A DNA stretch of 64,000 nucleotides, taken from Halarcobacter sp. (GTDB lineage Bacteria > Campylobacterota > Campylobacteria > Campylobacterales > Arcobacteraceae). The translations under genes and the position numbers were made by a program. Positions 1 through 9,238 of this stretch are shown here, one piece after another; positions within the stretch are counted from its first letter, which is position 1, and every line of letters begins with the position of its first letter. The notes below the pieces were generated by a model that ran no database searches, was not told the DNA's origin, and was given only the letters and a program-made list of their open reading frames with translations. The stretch spans positions 3,136,001 to 3,200,000 of the forward strand of contig OY781089.1 of NCBI GenBank assembly GCA_963676565.1, given 5' to 3'.

Positions 1-891
1 TTCAGACCATAAATCTTGTGCTTGCATATCAACTTCGGAAAACTTCCAATGTCTTAAAGGGTCATTGATTCTTCTATCAAATCTTCTTTTTTGTTCCTCT
101 TTTGAAACAGAGAAATAAAGCTTGATTAAAATCATCCCTTGTCTAACTAAGTCTTGCTCAAAGTTCACAACATCTTCCATAAAGATTTCATGTTCCTCTT
201 TTGTACAGAAACCAAAGATTGGCTCAACCATTGCTCTGTTGTACCAAGATCTATCAAATAAAACCATCTCTCCACCTGTTGGGAAATGTTCAATATATCT
301 TTGGAAAAACCATTGATTCTTTTGAGTATCAGTTGGCTTACCTAGGGCAACAACTCTGTAGTGTTTGTTATTCATATATCTTGTAATTCGTCTAATTGCA
401 CCACCTTTTCCTGATGCATCTCTACCTTCAAAAAGTATAATCATTCTTTTATTTTGAGATTCTAAAAAGTTTTGTAATTTAATTAACTCAATTTGATATG
501 ATTTTAACTCTTCTAAATCATAAATTTTTTGAATACCATCATGTAAAACTTGAGGGTCAACATCTTGAAAATTTCCTAAAATCCCTTTTAATCTTTTATT
601 CTCTTCAATTAAATCTTCATATTTTTTATCTGAAATATTTTTTGTTGGTTTTACAATCTCTTTTGACTCTTTTATAATATTTTCATTTATAACCGAATCT
701 TTAAATTTCTGCATTAAATTTAATGCAGATTTTTTTGTAAGATTATCTTTTTTTGTATAACCTAATACTTTTACGTATCTTTTTTTATCATATTGAAATC
801 TTGCGATATATTTTTTTCCAAAAGCTGGATGTGTAGCTTTTGAGATATACAGTCCACTATAATTTGTTTTTTCAAAATCACTTAAATTCAT
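1..891 (-). CDS. ppk2: Polyphosphate kinase 2 with ~125-aa N-terminal extension (3' end outside window; absent from ORF track)
   Basis: Manual translation from ATG at 891: MNLSDFEKTNYSGLY...LFEGRDASGKGGAIRRIT...VLFDRSWYNRAMVEP (PPK2 Walker A/B); open to position 1. Confidence 0.93.
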   Translation of the reverse strand, partial: MNLSDFEKTNYSGLYISKATHPAFGKKYIARFQYDKKRYVKVLGYTKKDNLTKKSALNLMQKFKDSVINENIIKESKEIVKPTKNISDKKYEDLIEENKRLKGILGNFQDVDPQVLHDGIQKIYDLEELKSYQIELIKLQNFLESQNKRMIILFEGRDASGKGGAIRRITRYMNNKHYRVVALGKPTDTQKNQWFFQRYIEHFPTGGEMVLFDRSWYNRAMVEPIFGFCTKEEHEIFMEDVVNFEQDLVRQGMILIKLYFSVSKEEQKRRFDRRINDPLRHWKFSEVDMQAQDLWSE

Positions 892-897
892 TTTCTC

Positions 898-1824
898 TTA
901 GGCCTTTGCAAATTTATTTTCATCTTCCATAATTTCTAATTCTTCTGAACCTGAAATTACTATTTTCTTGTCAACTTTCAAATGCTTACTATCAACTTTA
1001 CTTGGATAATCTACACTAGATAAAATATGTTTAATACAATTTATTCTTGCTTTCTTTTTATTGTCACTTTTTACTACTACCCATGGAGCATGGTCAGTAT
1101 TTGATGCCATCAACATAGAAAATTTAGCAATAGTGTATTTATCCCAAAGTTTTTGAGATTCTTTATCAACAGGGCTTAATTTGTATTGCTTTAAAGGATC
1201 AGTTTCTCTTTTTGCAAATCTTCTTGCTTGTTCCTCTTTTGATACTGATATATAAAATTTCAATAGAATAATTCCCGATTTTACAAGCATTTTTTCAAAC
1301 TCTGGAACTTCCCTTAGAAACTCATGATGTTCTTCTGATGTACAAAAGCCCATAACTGGTTCAACACCAGCTCTGTTGTACCAAGACCTGTCAAATAAAA
1401 CTATTTCACCTGCACTTGGTAAATGTTTTGTATATCGTTGAAAATACCATTGTGTTTTTTCAATATCACTTGGTTTTTCTAAAGCAACAACTCTTGCACC
1501 CCTAGGATTTAGATGCTCAGTGATTCTTTTTATAGTTCCACCTTTACCTGCAGCATCCCTTCCCTCAAAAAGCATTAGAACCTTAAGACCTTTTTCCTTT
1601 ACATAGTTTTGAAATTTTAAAAGTTCAATTTGAAGTGAAGTTAACTCCTTTTCATATTCAAGAGTTTCTTTTTTTACCCAAATTTGAACTTTGTTTCCCT
1701 TTTCGTTAAACTCTTCTCTTTCCCGCTTACTATCTTTATTGTGTTTGATATTTTTATGGGTATCTATTTCGTCTTCGTCTTTAAATTCCTCATTTATAAT
1801 CTGTCTTTCCTGTCCCATAGTCAT
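898..1824 (-). CDS. ppk2: Polyphosphate kinase 2 (class I-like)
   Basis: FEGRDAAGKGG, FDRSWYNRAGVE motifs. Confidence 0.95.
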   Translation of the reverse strand: MTMGQERQIINEEFKDEDEIDTHKNIKHNKDSKREREEFNEKGNKVQIWVKKETLEYEKELTSLQIELLKFQNYVKEKGLKVLMLFEGRDAAGKGGTIKRITEHLNPRGARVVALEKPSDIEKTQWYFQRYTKHLPSAGEIVLFDRSWYNRAGVEPVMGFCTSEEHHEFLREVPEFEKMLVKSGIILLKFYISVSKEEQARRFAKRETDPLKQYKLSPVDKESQKLWDKYTIAKFSMLMASNTDHAPWVVVKSDNKKKARINCIKHILSSVDYPSKVDSKHLKVDKKIVISGSEELEIMEDENKFAKA

Positions 1825-1835
1825 ACCATCTCCCT

Positions 1836-2975
1836 TTATGAAAGTCTACATTTATACTCATTATATCCAAAGTTGTTTACAATTTGATAACTACCTTTAA
1901 TATTTTTTATCACTATTGATGGTAACTTAATTCCATTAAAGGTAGTAGTCTTAACCATAGTATAGTGAATCATATCTTCTAAAATTATTTTATCCCCTAC
2001 TTTTAAAGGTTCATCAAAGGAATAATCCCCAATAATATCACCTGCTAAGCATGTATTTCCACCAAGTCTATATGTGTATTTTTTCTCATTTGCAAGGGCA
2101 CTATTTCTAATATCAGGTCTATAAGGCATAGCTAATGTATCAGGCATATGTGCTTCTGCAGAGGTATCCAAAATAGCTATGTCCATTCCATTATTGATAA
2201 TATCTAAAACAGTAGCCATTAAGTATCCAGTTTGCCAACCAACTGCTTCACCTGGTTCCATATATACTTCAATGTGTGGATATCTGCTTTTGAAATCTTT
2301 TAATAAACTAATTAAACCCTCAACATCATAATCAACTCTTGTGATATGGTGTCCTCCACCAAAATTTACCCATTTCATTTGAGGCAAAAACTCACCAAAC
2401 TTTTCTTCAAAGTTTTTTAAAGCCCCTTCTAAGGCATCAACATTTTGTTCACATAAAGCATGAAAATGTAAACCATCAACATCTTCTAAATTATCCCCTT
2501 GGAAATTTACTCTTGTAATACCAAGTCTTGAATTTAAACCACAAGGATTATATAAATCAACCTCAACAGAAGAATACTCTGGGTTTACCCTTAATCCCAT
2601 AGAGGTTTTACCCCTAGCTTTATCTTTATATCTATTTAATTGATTGAATGAATTAAAAACAAGATGATTTGAGATTTGGATAATTTCATCAATTTCTTCA
2701 TCTTTAAAAGCTGGAGAATAGGTGTGAACCTCTTTATTAAATTCCTCTTTTGCTAAAAGAGCCTCATGTAATCCTGAAGCACAACACCCCTGTAAAAACT
2801 CTTTACATAAATCAAAAGTTGACCAAAGAGCAAAACCTTTTAAAGCTAAAAGAATTTTTACCCCTGTTTCATCTTGAACTTTTTTTAAAAGTTCAAGATT
2901 TCTTTTAAGTAATTCTTCTTCACAAACAAACGCTGGACTTGGCAGTTCTTCTATACTATTTACTATATTATTCAT
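1836..2975 (-). CDS. nspC: Carboxynorspermidine decarboxylase
   Basis: LALKGF PLP lysine, [32 protein letters not shown]; likely start ATG 2975 (or 2981) overlapping rubredoxin end. Confidence 0.93.
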   Translation of the reverse strand: MNNIVNSIEELPSPAFVCEEELLKRNLELLKKVQDETGVKILLALKGFALWSTFDLCKEFLQGCCASGLHEALLAKEEFNKEVHTYSPAFKDEEIDEIIQISNHLVFNSFNQLNRYKDKARGKTSMGLRVNPEYSSVEVDLYNPCGLNSRLGITRVNFQGDNLEDVDGLHFHALCEQNVDALEGALKNFEEKFGEFLPQMKWVNFGGGHHITRVDYDVEGLISLLKDFKSRYPHIEVYMEPGEAVGWQTGYLMATVLDIINNGMDIAILDTSAEAHMPDTLAMPYRPDIRNSALANEKKYTYRLGGNTCLAGDIIGDYSFDEPLKVGDKIILEDMIHYTMVKTTTFNGIKLPSIVIKNIKGSYQIVNNFGYNEYKCRLS

Positions 2976-3135
2976 CTTCATTATAAGGTTCAAAATCCTC
3001 TTTACCTACTCCACAATCTGGGCATTCCCAATCATCTGGAATATCTTCAAATGCAGTTCCTGGTGCAATACCACTCTCTTCATCACCAATCTCAGGGTCA
3101 TAAATATAATCACAAACTGTACAAATATATTTCAT
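2968..3135 (-). CDS. Rubredoxin (55 aa; below ORF-track cutoff)
   Basis: [55 protein letters not shown]; two CxxC; AAGGA RBS upstream. Confidence 0.96.
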   Translation of the reverse strand: MKYICTVCDYIYDPEIGDEESGIAPGTAFEDIPDDWECPDCGVGKEDFEPYNEDE

Positions 3136-3170
3136 AGATTATCCTTTTTTATAATTTTGTATTCATTAAC

Positions 3171-3290
3171 AGAATAAAAAGCTTTATGAGATTCAAGGCT
3201 TGAAAAGGAAAAAACTAGAAGCTTACTAATAGTAAGTGACTAGTTCTTTATCTTTTTGTAAACGAAGAAACTCAACAAGATTTTTATTCT
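3171..3290. repeat. ERIC-like palindromic element (~120 bp)
   Basis: Terminal IR AGAATAAAAA/TTTTTATTCT; core AACTAG-AAGCTTACTAATAGTAAGTGA-CTAGTT resembles ERIC core GAGCTTACATAAGTAAGTGAC; flanking AAGGC and AACGAAG at ERIC-like spacing. Confidence 0.7.
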
Positions 3291-4480
3291 AGCTCTAAGA
3301 TTTTCCAAGGAAGCCCTTGAGTCATCAACTCATCCATAAAAGGTTTAGCATCAAACTCTTCTATGTTAAATACACCTTTTCCATCCCAAATACCTTTATA
3401 AAGCATTTTTGTACCAATCATTGCAGGAACCCCTGTAGTGTATGAAACTGCTTGAGCTCCCGTTTCTTTATAACACTCTTGGTGGTCACAAACATTGTAA
3501 ATATAAACTTTTTTCTTTTTACCGTCTTTTAAACCTTCAATAATACAACCAATATTTGTTTTACCAACTGTTCTAGGTCCTAAACTTGCAGGATCTGGTA
3601 ATAATGTAGTTAAAAACTCTATTGGAATAATCTCTACACCTTTATGCATAACTGGTTCAATACCTAACATACCTACATTTTGTAAGCAGTTCATATGTTG
3701 AATATAAGAATCACCAAAAGTCATAAAAAATCTAATTCTTTTTAAACCTTTTATATTTTTAGATAATGACTCTAACTCTTCATGGTATAAAAGATATGAA
3801 GGTTTAACACCAACTTCTGGATAATCATGCTCAACTCTAATCTCTAAAGGTTTAGTTTCAATCCACTTACCATCTTCCCAATATCTACCATTTGCAGATA
3901 CTTCTCTTAAGTTAATCTCTGGATTGAAGTTTGTGGCAAAGGGATAACCATGATCACCTGCATTACAATCCATAATATCAATGTAGTTAATCTCATCAAA
4001 TAAGTTTTGTTGAGCGTATGCACAGAAAACTCCAGTTACACCTGGGTCAAAACCTGAACCTAATAATGCTTTGATTCCAGCTTCTTTAAACTGCTCATCT
4101 CTTGCCCATTGTTCTTTGTATTCAAATTTTGCTTCATCTGGATGCTCATAATTTGCAGTATCAACATAATCAACCTTACATTTTGTACACGCATCCATGA
4201 TAGTTAAATCTTGATAAGGTAAAGCAACATTTAAAACAACTTTTGGATTTAACTCTTTTATTAATTCTACTAATTGTTCTACATTGTCTGCATCAACTTG
4301 TGCAGTTTGAATCTCAACACCCAATCTTGATTTTATATCCATAGCAATCGAGTCACATCTTTTAATCGTTCTTGAAGCTAATGTAATTTTTTCGAATGTA
4401 TCTATATTCATTGCACATTTAGTTGTAGCAACTCTACTAACCCCACCAGCACCTATTATTAAAATTCCTTTTTTTTCCAT
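3284..4480 (-). CDS. Carboxynorspermidine dehydrogenase (saccharopine dehydrogenase family)
   Basis: IIGAGGV Rossmann, NVALPYQDL, GSGFDPG, FATNFNPEINLRE; upstream of nspC. Confidence 0.92.
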   Translation of the reverse strand: MEKKGILIIGAGGVSRVATTKCAMNIDTFEKITLASRTIKRCDSIAMDIKSRLGVEIQTAQVDADNVEQLVELIKELNPKVVLNVALPYQDLTIMDACTKCKVDYVDTANYEHPDEAKFEYKEQWARDEQFKEAGIKALLGSGFDPGVTGVFCAYAQQNLFDEINYIDIMDCNAGDHGYPFATNFNPEINLREVSANGRYWEDGKWIETKPLEIRVEHDYPEVGVKPSYLLYHEELESLSKNIKGLKRIRFFMTFGDSYIQHMNCLQNVGMLGIEPVMHKGVEIIPIEFLTTLLPDPASLGPRTVGKTNIGCIIEGLKDGKKKKVYIYNVCDHQECYKETGAQAVSYTTGVPAMIGTKMLYKGIWDGKGVFNIEEFDAKPFMDELMTQGLPWKILELE

Positions 4481-4603
4481 AAAAAACTCCGTTTAAAATA
4501 TCTGATATTATATAATTAATTTCGTAAAAAGCTGTTAATGTATTCATCTAAATTACAATCTAAAAAGAATTTAAATAATTTAATTGAAAATCATTGATTC
4601 TTC

Positions 4604-4612
4604 TGATATAAT
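4604..4612 (+). promoter_or_regulatory. Extended -10 (TGnTATAAT) of tmRNA promoter
   Basis: TGATATAAT ~21 nt upstream of mature tmRNA. Confidence 0.6.
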
Positions 4613-4633
4613 TCGCTTCTCACTTTTTTATGT

Positions 4634-5032
4634 GGGGGTGACATGGTATCGATTAGAGCAGTGAGGATTAGTTGCATGTCGGCCTGAGCATGCCGTTAAG
4701 CGGCTCATTTTTTTTAGACGCAAACAATACAGATTACGCTCCAGCTTACGCAAAAGCTGCGTAAGTTTAACAACTTATAGGACTCCCCTTTATCGGGTTG
4801 AGACCTCGGAGGTTCACTCAGTAGATTCTATCTATGCTGATTATAGTGGATTCACCCAGATAGATTACCTTAAGGATATTGATCGAATCTTTTTGGGACA
4901 TTCTAGATCTTAGCTTTTTGCTTGCTTTGCGAGTTGTGCTGGTGAAAAGTGAAATTTTACAACTCTTCTAAGCATGTAGACGCTGGTAGTAGCTGTTTTA
5001 AGACTCCGGTTCAATCCCGGACACCTCCACCA
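4634..5032 (+). ncRNA. ssrA: tmRNA
   Basis: 5' GGGGGTG pairs with CACCTCC-ACCA (G3:U), T-loop GGTTCAATCCC; tag ORF 4720-4764 ANNTDYAPAYAKAA*. Confidence 0.96.
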
Positions 5033-5400
5033 AATAACAATCTTATAAAATCTTTAAAAGTCTCTATAGATACTACAAAGTGGGACTTTTGTAACATATG
5101 TTAGTCTTTAATAAACTTATGGAATCCAACTACTTTAGGGATACATTTAGGGGTAACCGTTAAAATTTTAATCTCTGACACCTTATTAAAAATAGTAATA
5201 ATACCCTATTATAATTATCACTATTTAAATTCTTTTTAATTTAATGTAGAATAAATAACATTATTTATTAATTAAATAATTTTTAAAAATTTTGATTATT
5301 TTATGTCAAAAAGTCCTATTTTATAGAATTAAACTTATTTAAAATATAATACTTATAGTACTTGTTCATTATGAACCAATTAATAAAAAAAGGAGCTAAA

Positions 5401-6285
5401 ATGAAAAATGTCTTTTCTACACTATCTATATTTGTAATTACTGCATTATTAAGTGGTTGTGTACCTACGGAAAAATCAGTAATCAAAAAATCAGCTAATT
5501 ATTTAGAGGTTGAAGTTACTGATAATGGATGTGCTCAAAACCTAAGTGAAGCATCAGATTTAGCATATGATGATACAAAACAAATTCTATACATTATAGG
5601 GGATAAAGGTGATTTCTATCAATGTAGTGTAAAAGCAACGAAAGATATGATTACTTTGGATTATATCTCTTCTACTAGTATTAGCCATAATTTTAGTAGT
5701 ATTGATGCAGAAGGTCTTACTATAAATCCAGAGACAGGTGAATTGATAATCTCTACAGAAGGTACAAATGCTAATATTTATCCGCTTACAAGTGAAGGGG
5801 GAATAAATGGAAGCTATGATTTACCTAATGTTTTAAAAAATGCTACTTTCAATAGTACTAATACTATATTTGAAGCTGTATCATATGACAATAATTTTGG
5901 TATATTAACAGCTGCTGAGCAACCAATAAATAAAAAAGCACTAACTGATCAAACAATCTACAGCTTAGATGGAGACTCTTGGAATTTTGCAGCTGAGGAC
6001 TATAGCCAATCTTCTGTTACAGCTTTAGAAAGTACAAATGATGGTAATGTAATTGTATTAGAAAGAGCACAAAGTAATACTACAGATTTTTATATTACAC
6101 TTAAAAAAGTTTTTATTAACGACGAATGTAAAAATAAAAATATTTGTAATAATGAAATTATATACCAAGCATTATGGGAAGGTGGTAACTTTGAAGGTAT
6201 CACAAAAATCAATGATGCTTACCTACTAATAAATGATGGTCAGGGACAAGTTGATGCTTTATTTAAAGCATTCAAAATTAAATAA
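5401..6285 (+). CDS. Lipoprotein, beta-propeller (esterase-like phytase / SdiA-regulated family)
   Basis: AAGGAG RBS before ATG 5401; lipobox LSGC; repeated LSEASDLAY, DAEGLT, FEAVS, FEGIT blade motifs. Confidence 0.7.
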   Translation: MKNVFSTLSIFVITALLSGCVPTEKSVIKKSANYLEVEVTDNGCAQNLSEASDLAYDDTKQILYIIGDKGDFYQCSVKATKDMITLDYISSTSISHNFSSIDAEGLTINPETGELIISTEGTNANIYPLTSEGGINGSYDLPNVLKNATFNSTNTIFEAVSYDNNFGILTAAEQPINKKALTDQTIYSLDGDSWNFAAEDYSQSSVTALESTNDGNVIVLERAQSNTTDFYITLKKVFINDECKNKNICNNEIIYQALWEGGNFEGITKINDAYLLINDGQGQVDALFKAFKIK

Positions 6286-6292
6286 AATTACA

Positions 6293-6317
6293 AAGAAGAT
6301 ATAAAAAATATCTTCTT
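6293..6317. terminator. Hairpin between convergent genes
   Basis: AAGAAGATAT-aaaaa-ATATCTTCTT. Confidence 0.6.
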
Positions 6318-6337
6318 ATGTATATATTTTTAAATTA

Positions 6338-6499
6338 TTACTTTCCAGATGCTGTTGGATTTTCTTCCATAAATTTATCTATTTTAGCAACAGCAGTAGA
6401 TTCAAGAGAACTAGTTTTTTCATCAAAAAAAGTTTTAATACCAAACATCCCAGAAATAGCAACAATAACTAAAAGTAATGCAACATATACCCTATCCAT
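6338..6499 (-). CDS. Small single-TM protein (53 aa), not in ORF track
   Basis: AGGGAG RBS; MDRVYVALLLVIVAISGMFGIKTFFDEKTSSLESTAVAKIDKFMEENPTASGK. Confidence 0.65.
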   Translation of the reverse strand: MDRVYVALLLVIVAISGMFGIKTFFDEKTSSLESTAVAKIDKFMEENPTASGK

Positions 6500-6711
6500 A
6501 ATCTCTCCCTTATGTGAAATTATACTTTAAGAATAAAATAATGTCAATTTATATTTTTATATTATATATAGATTATTAAATATATTATATACCTATATTA
6601 AGAGATATAAAATATTATTATATTGATAAAAAATATAAATTTTTTCTACTATATTAATTTTTATACATTCAAAGTATATAAAAGTTATATTATATGGTAT
6701 AATTCTATATT

Positions 6712-7539
6712 ATGAATTTTATATTAAAATGTATTACATTTTTTATTCTACTTACAAATGTTCTTTTTGCTGTTTCATGGGATACCTGTATAGAAAAATA
6801 CTCTAAGGCAAAAAAATTTAGTGATAACACTAGATTAATGTATATCTATTTAAAATCAACAAAAAATTGCTTATTAAAATTCAAAGACTCTTTAAAAGAG
6901 AATCCTAAAAGTGAATTTACACTTGAAGCGATGGATGATAATATCAAAAAAATCAATGGCTATATGGAAGAACTAATTCCTAATTATATCTATCCCAATT
7001 CAAATCTAGAGCAAATTCCTAAATATATTTATACTCAACAATCTATTCCTAAATTTAACACAGATTATATGCATTTTGTAAAATTTAAAAAATGTAATGG
7101 AATACATGCAAAAGATAAAATATACACTGCAAAACATTGTAATATAGAAAATTCAATGCATATAAAAGATGACTTAAGTTACATAAAAACTAACACAATC
7201 TCTAAACTTGAAACTAATAAACTAGATTTAAATAAATCTGGCACATTCAAATACTATTCTATGTCAAAAGAGGGTATGTTTTACAATGTGTTAATCAAAG
7301 AAAGTGATTGTAAATTTTATGAAGAGAAAGTTGGTATTAGTGCCCTAACCCAATCACTAGATTTAGCTGATTTAAATAAAAAAACTGAGATTAGAAGTAA
7401 TTGTTTAGCAATACCTTCTAATAGCGGTGGTGGTGTATTCCAAGATAATAAACTTGTAGGAATTATTTCAAAAACAGTATTTAAAAATGATATCTTTTTA
7501 TATAGTGTTATTGAACCAATTCATACAGTTTATAAATAA
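6712..7539 (+). CDS. Secreted trypsin-like serine protease, divergent
   Basis: Signal peptide; YTAKHC (His motif), PSNSGGGVF (Ser motif), KLVGIIS. Confidence 0.7.
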   Translation: MNFILKCITFFILLTNVLFAVSWDTCIEKYSKAKKFSDNTRLMYIYLKSTKNCLLKFKDSLKENPKSEFTLEAMDDNIKKINGYMEELIPNYIYPNSNLEQIPKYIYTQQSIPKFNTDYMHFVKFKKCNGIHAKDKIYTAKHCNIENSMHIKDDLSYIKTNTISKLETNKLDLNKSGTFKYYSMSKEGMFYNVLIKESDCKFYEEKVGISALTQSLDLADLNKKTEIRSNCLAIPSNSGGGVFQDNKLVGIISKTVFKNDIFLYSVIEPIHTVYK

Positions 7540-7591
7540 ATTTTAGTGACTATTTTAAAATCTCTAAGATCTTTTTCTCTCCTTTTTGATT

Positions 7592-9229
7592 TTAATTCCA
7601 TGTTTTAATTGTATCTAATAAACCTTTACTTGAAGAATCAAGTAAACTAGTATCTTTTGAATCATCTTGAATATATGAAACCATTTTTGTAGCAAGCTCT
7701 TTTCCAAGTTCTACTCCCCATTGGTCAAAAGAACCTACATCCCAAATTGCTCCCTCTACAAAAACTCTATGCTCATAAAGGGCGATAATTTTACCCAAGG
7801 TTTTAGGGTCTAGTCTTTTATAAATCAATGTAGAAGATGGTCTATTTCCTTCAAAAACTTTATGAGGAGCCAATTCTTCAATTTTTTCTTCACATAGTCC
7901 CGAATCTTTTAAAATAGTTCTAACCTCATCTATATCTCTTCCATTCATCATAGCTTGACTTTGAGCTAAGCAATTTGCCATTAGCAAATCATTATGGATA
8001 TCCATTTCTTTTTCATGATTGTTTACTGCAAGCATAAATTCACAGGGAATAATATCTTTACCTTGATGTAAAAGCTGAAAAAATGAGTGTTGTGAATTTG
8101 TTCCTGGTTCACCCCAAACAATTGGTCCAGATTTTATTTTTAACTCTTCACCACTTAGAGTAACTCTTTTCCCATTACTCTCCATATCAAGCTGCTGAAC
8201 ATACATAGCAAAAGATCTTAATCTTTGATCATATGGTAAAATTGCCCTTGTATCATAATCACAGATATTTCTATGCCAAATACCAATCAGTCCTAAAAGC
8301 ATTGGCATATTATTTTCTATTGATGCTGTTTTAAAATGCTCATCCATAATAAATGCACCCTCTAAAAAATCATCAAAACTATCTGCACCAATTGCAATCA
8401 TAACACTTAAACCAATAGCAGACCAAATTGAATATCTTCCTCCAACCCAATCCCAAAATCCAAATACTCTATCATCACTTATTCCAAACTCTTTTGTTTT
8501 TTCTAGTGCAGTTGACAATGCAGCAAAGTGTAAATTTGCTTCTTTTTCACCTAAATTTTCTTGAAGCCATTTTTTTGCTGATTTTGCATTTGTCATAGTT
8601 TCAATAGTTGTAAATGTTTTAGAAGCAACAATAACAAGTGTTGTTGTAGGATTTAAATCTTTTATAGTATCACTTAAATGTGATGAATCGATATTTGAAA
8701 CAAAATGAACCTTTGGACCATCACAATATGGAGTTAAAGCTTGAGAAACCATTTCTGGCCCTAAATGAGAACCACCAATTCCAATATTAATTACATCGGT
8801 AAATTTTTCATTTGATGATGATAGAATTTTCCCTTCTCTTATAGAAGTTGCAAACTCTTTCATATTTTGTAAAACCTCTTTTATATCAGGTATTACATCT
8901 TTTCCATCTACAAAAATTTGATTATCAGATTTGTTTCTAAGTGCAGTATGTAAAACGGCTCTATCTTCAGTGATATTTATTTTTTCACCACTAAACATAG
9001 CATCTCTTTTTTCTTCTACATTACACTCTTTTGCAACTTCAATAAGTTTTGAGATAGCATCCTTGTTAATATTAATTTTTGAATAATCTAAAATCATATT
9101 TTCCAATGAAATAGAAAACTCTTCAAATCTTTTTGGATCTTTTTTAAATAATCCCTTTAAAGTAATTTTTTCTAATTCATTTTTAATCGATTTTAACTCA
9201 GCAAATAAATCCTCTCTTCTCCCCATCAT
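7592..9229 (-). CDS. pgi: Glucose-6-phosphate isomerase
   Basis: IGIGGSHLGP, WDWVGGRYS, FDQWGVELGK. Confidence 0.97.
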   Translation of the reverse strand: MMGRREDLFAELKSIKNELEKITLKGLFKKDPKRFEEFSISLENMILDYSKININKDAISKLIEVAKECNVEEKRDAMFSGEKINITEDRAVLHTALRNKSDNQIFVDGKDVIPDIKEVLQNMKEFATSIREGKILSSSNEKFTDVINIGIGGSHLGPEMVSQALTPYCDGPKVHFVSNIDSSHLSDTIKDLNPTTTLVIVASKTFTTIETMTNAKSAKKWLQENLGEKEANLHFAALSTALEKTKEFGISDDRVFGFWDWVGGRYSIWSAIGLSVMIAIGADSFDDFLEGAFIMDEHFKTASIENNMPMLLGLIGIWHRNICDYDTRAILPYDQRLRSFAMYVQQLDMESNGKRVTLSGEELKIKSGPIVWGEPGTNSQHSFFQLLHQGKDIIPCEFMLAVNNHEKEMDIHNDLLMANCLAQSQAMMNGRDIDEVRTILKDSGLCEEKIEELAPHKVFEGNRPSSTLIYKRLDPKTLGKIIALYEHRVFVEGAIWDVGSFDQWGVELGKELATKMVSYIQDDSKDTSLLDSSSKGLLDTIKTWN

Positions 9230-9238
9230 TACACCCTT

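Noticed and set aside
122..386. Short + strand ORFs
   Set aside because: Antisense shadows of ppk2 (1-891)
694..5157. Link between the PPK2 arm-like domain and the att-arm-like repeats
   Set aside because: Only proximity supports it and both assignments are unverified
6318..6530. 70-aa + strand ORF
   Set aside because: Antisense to a better ORF with RBS and TM helix (6338-6499)
5033..7591. Intact prophage or integrative element at tmRNA
   Set aside because: No integrase, phage genes or duplicated tmRNA 3' end seen
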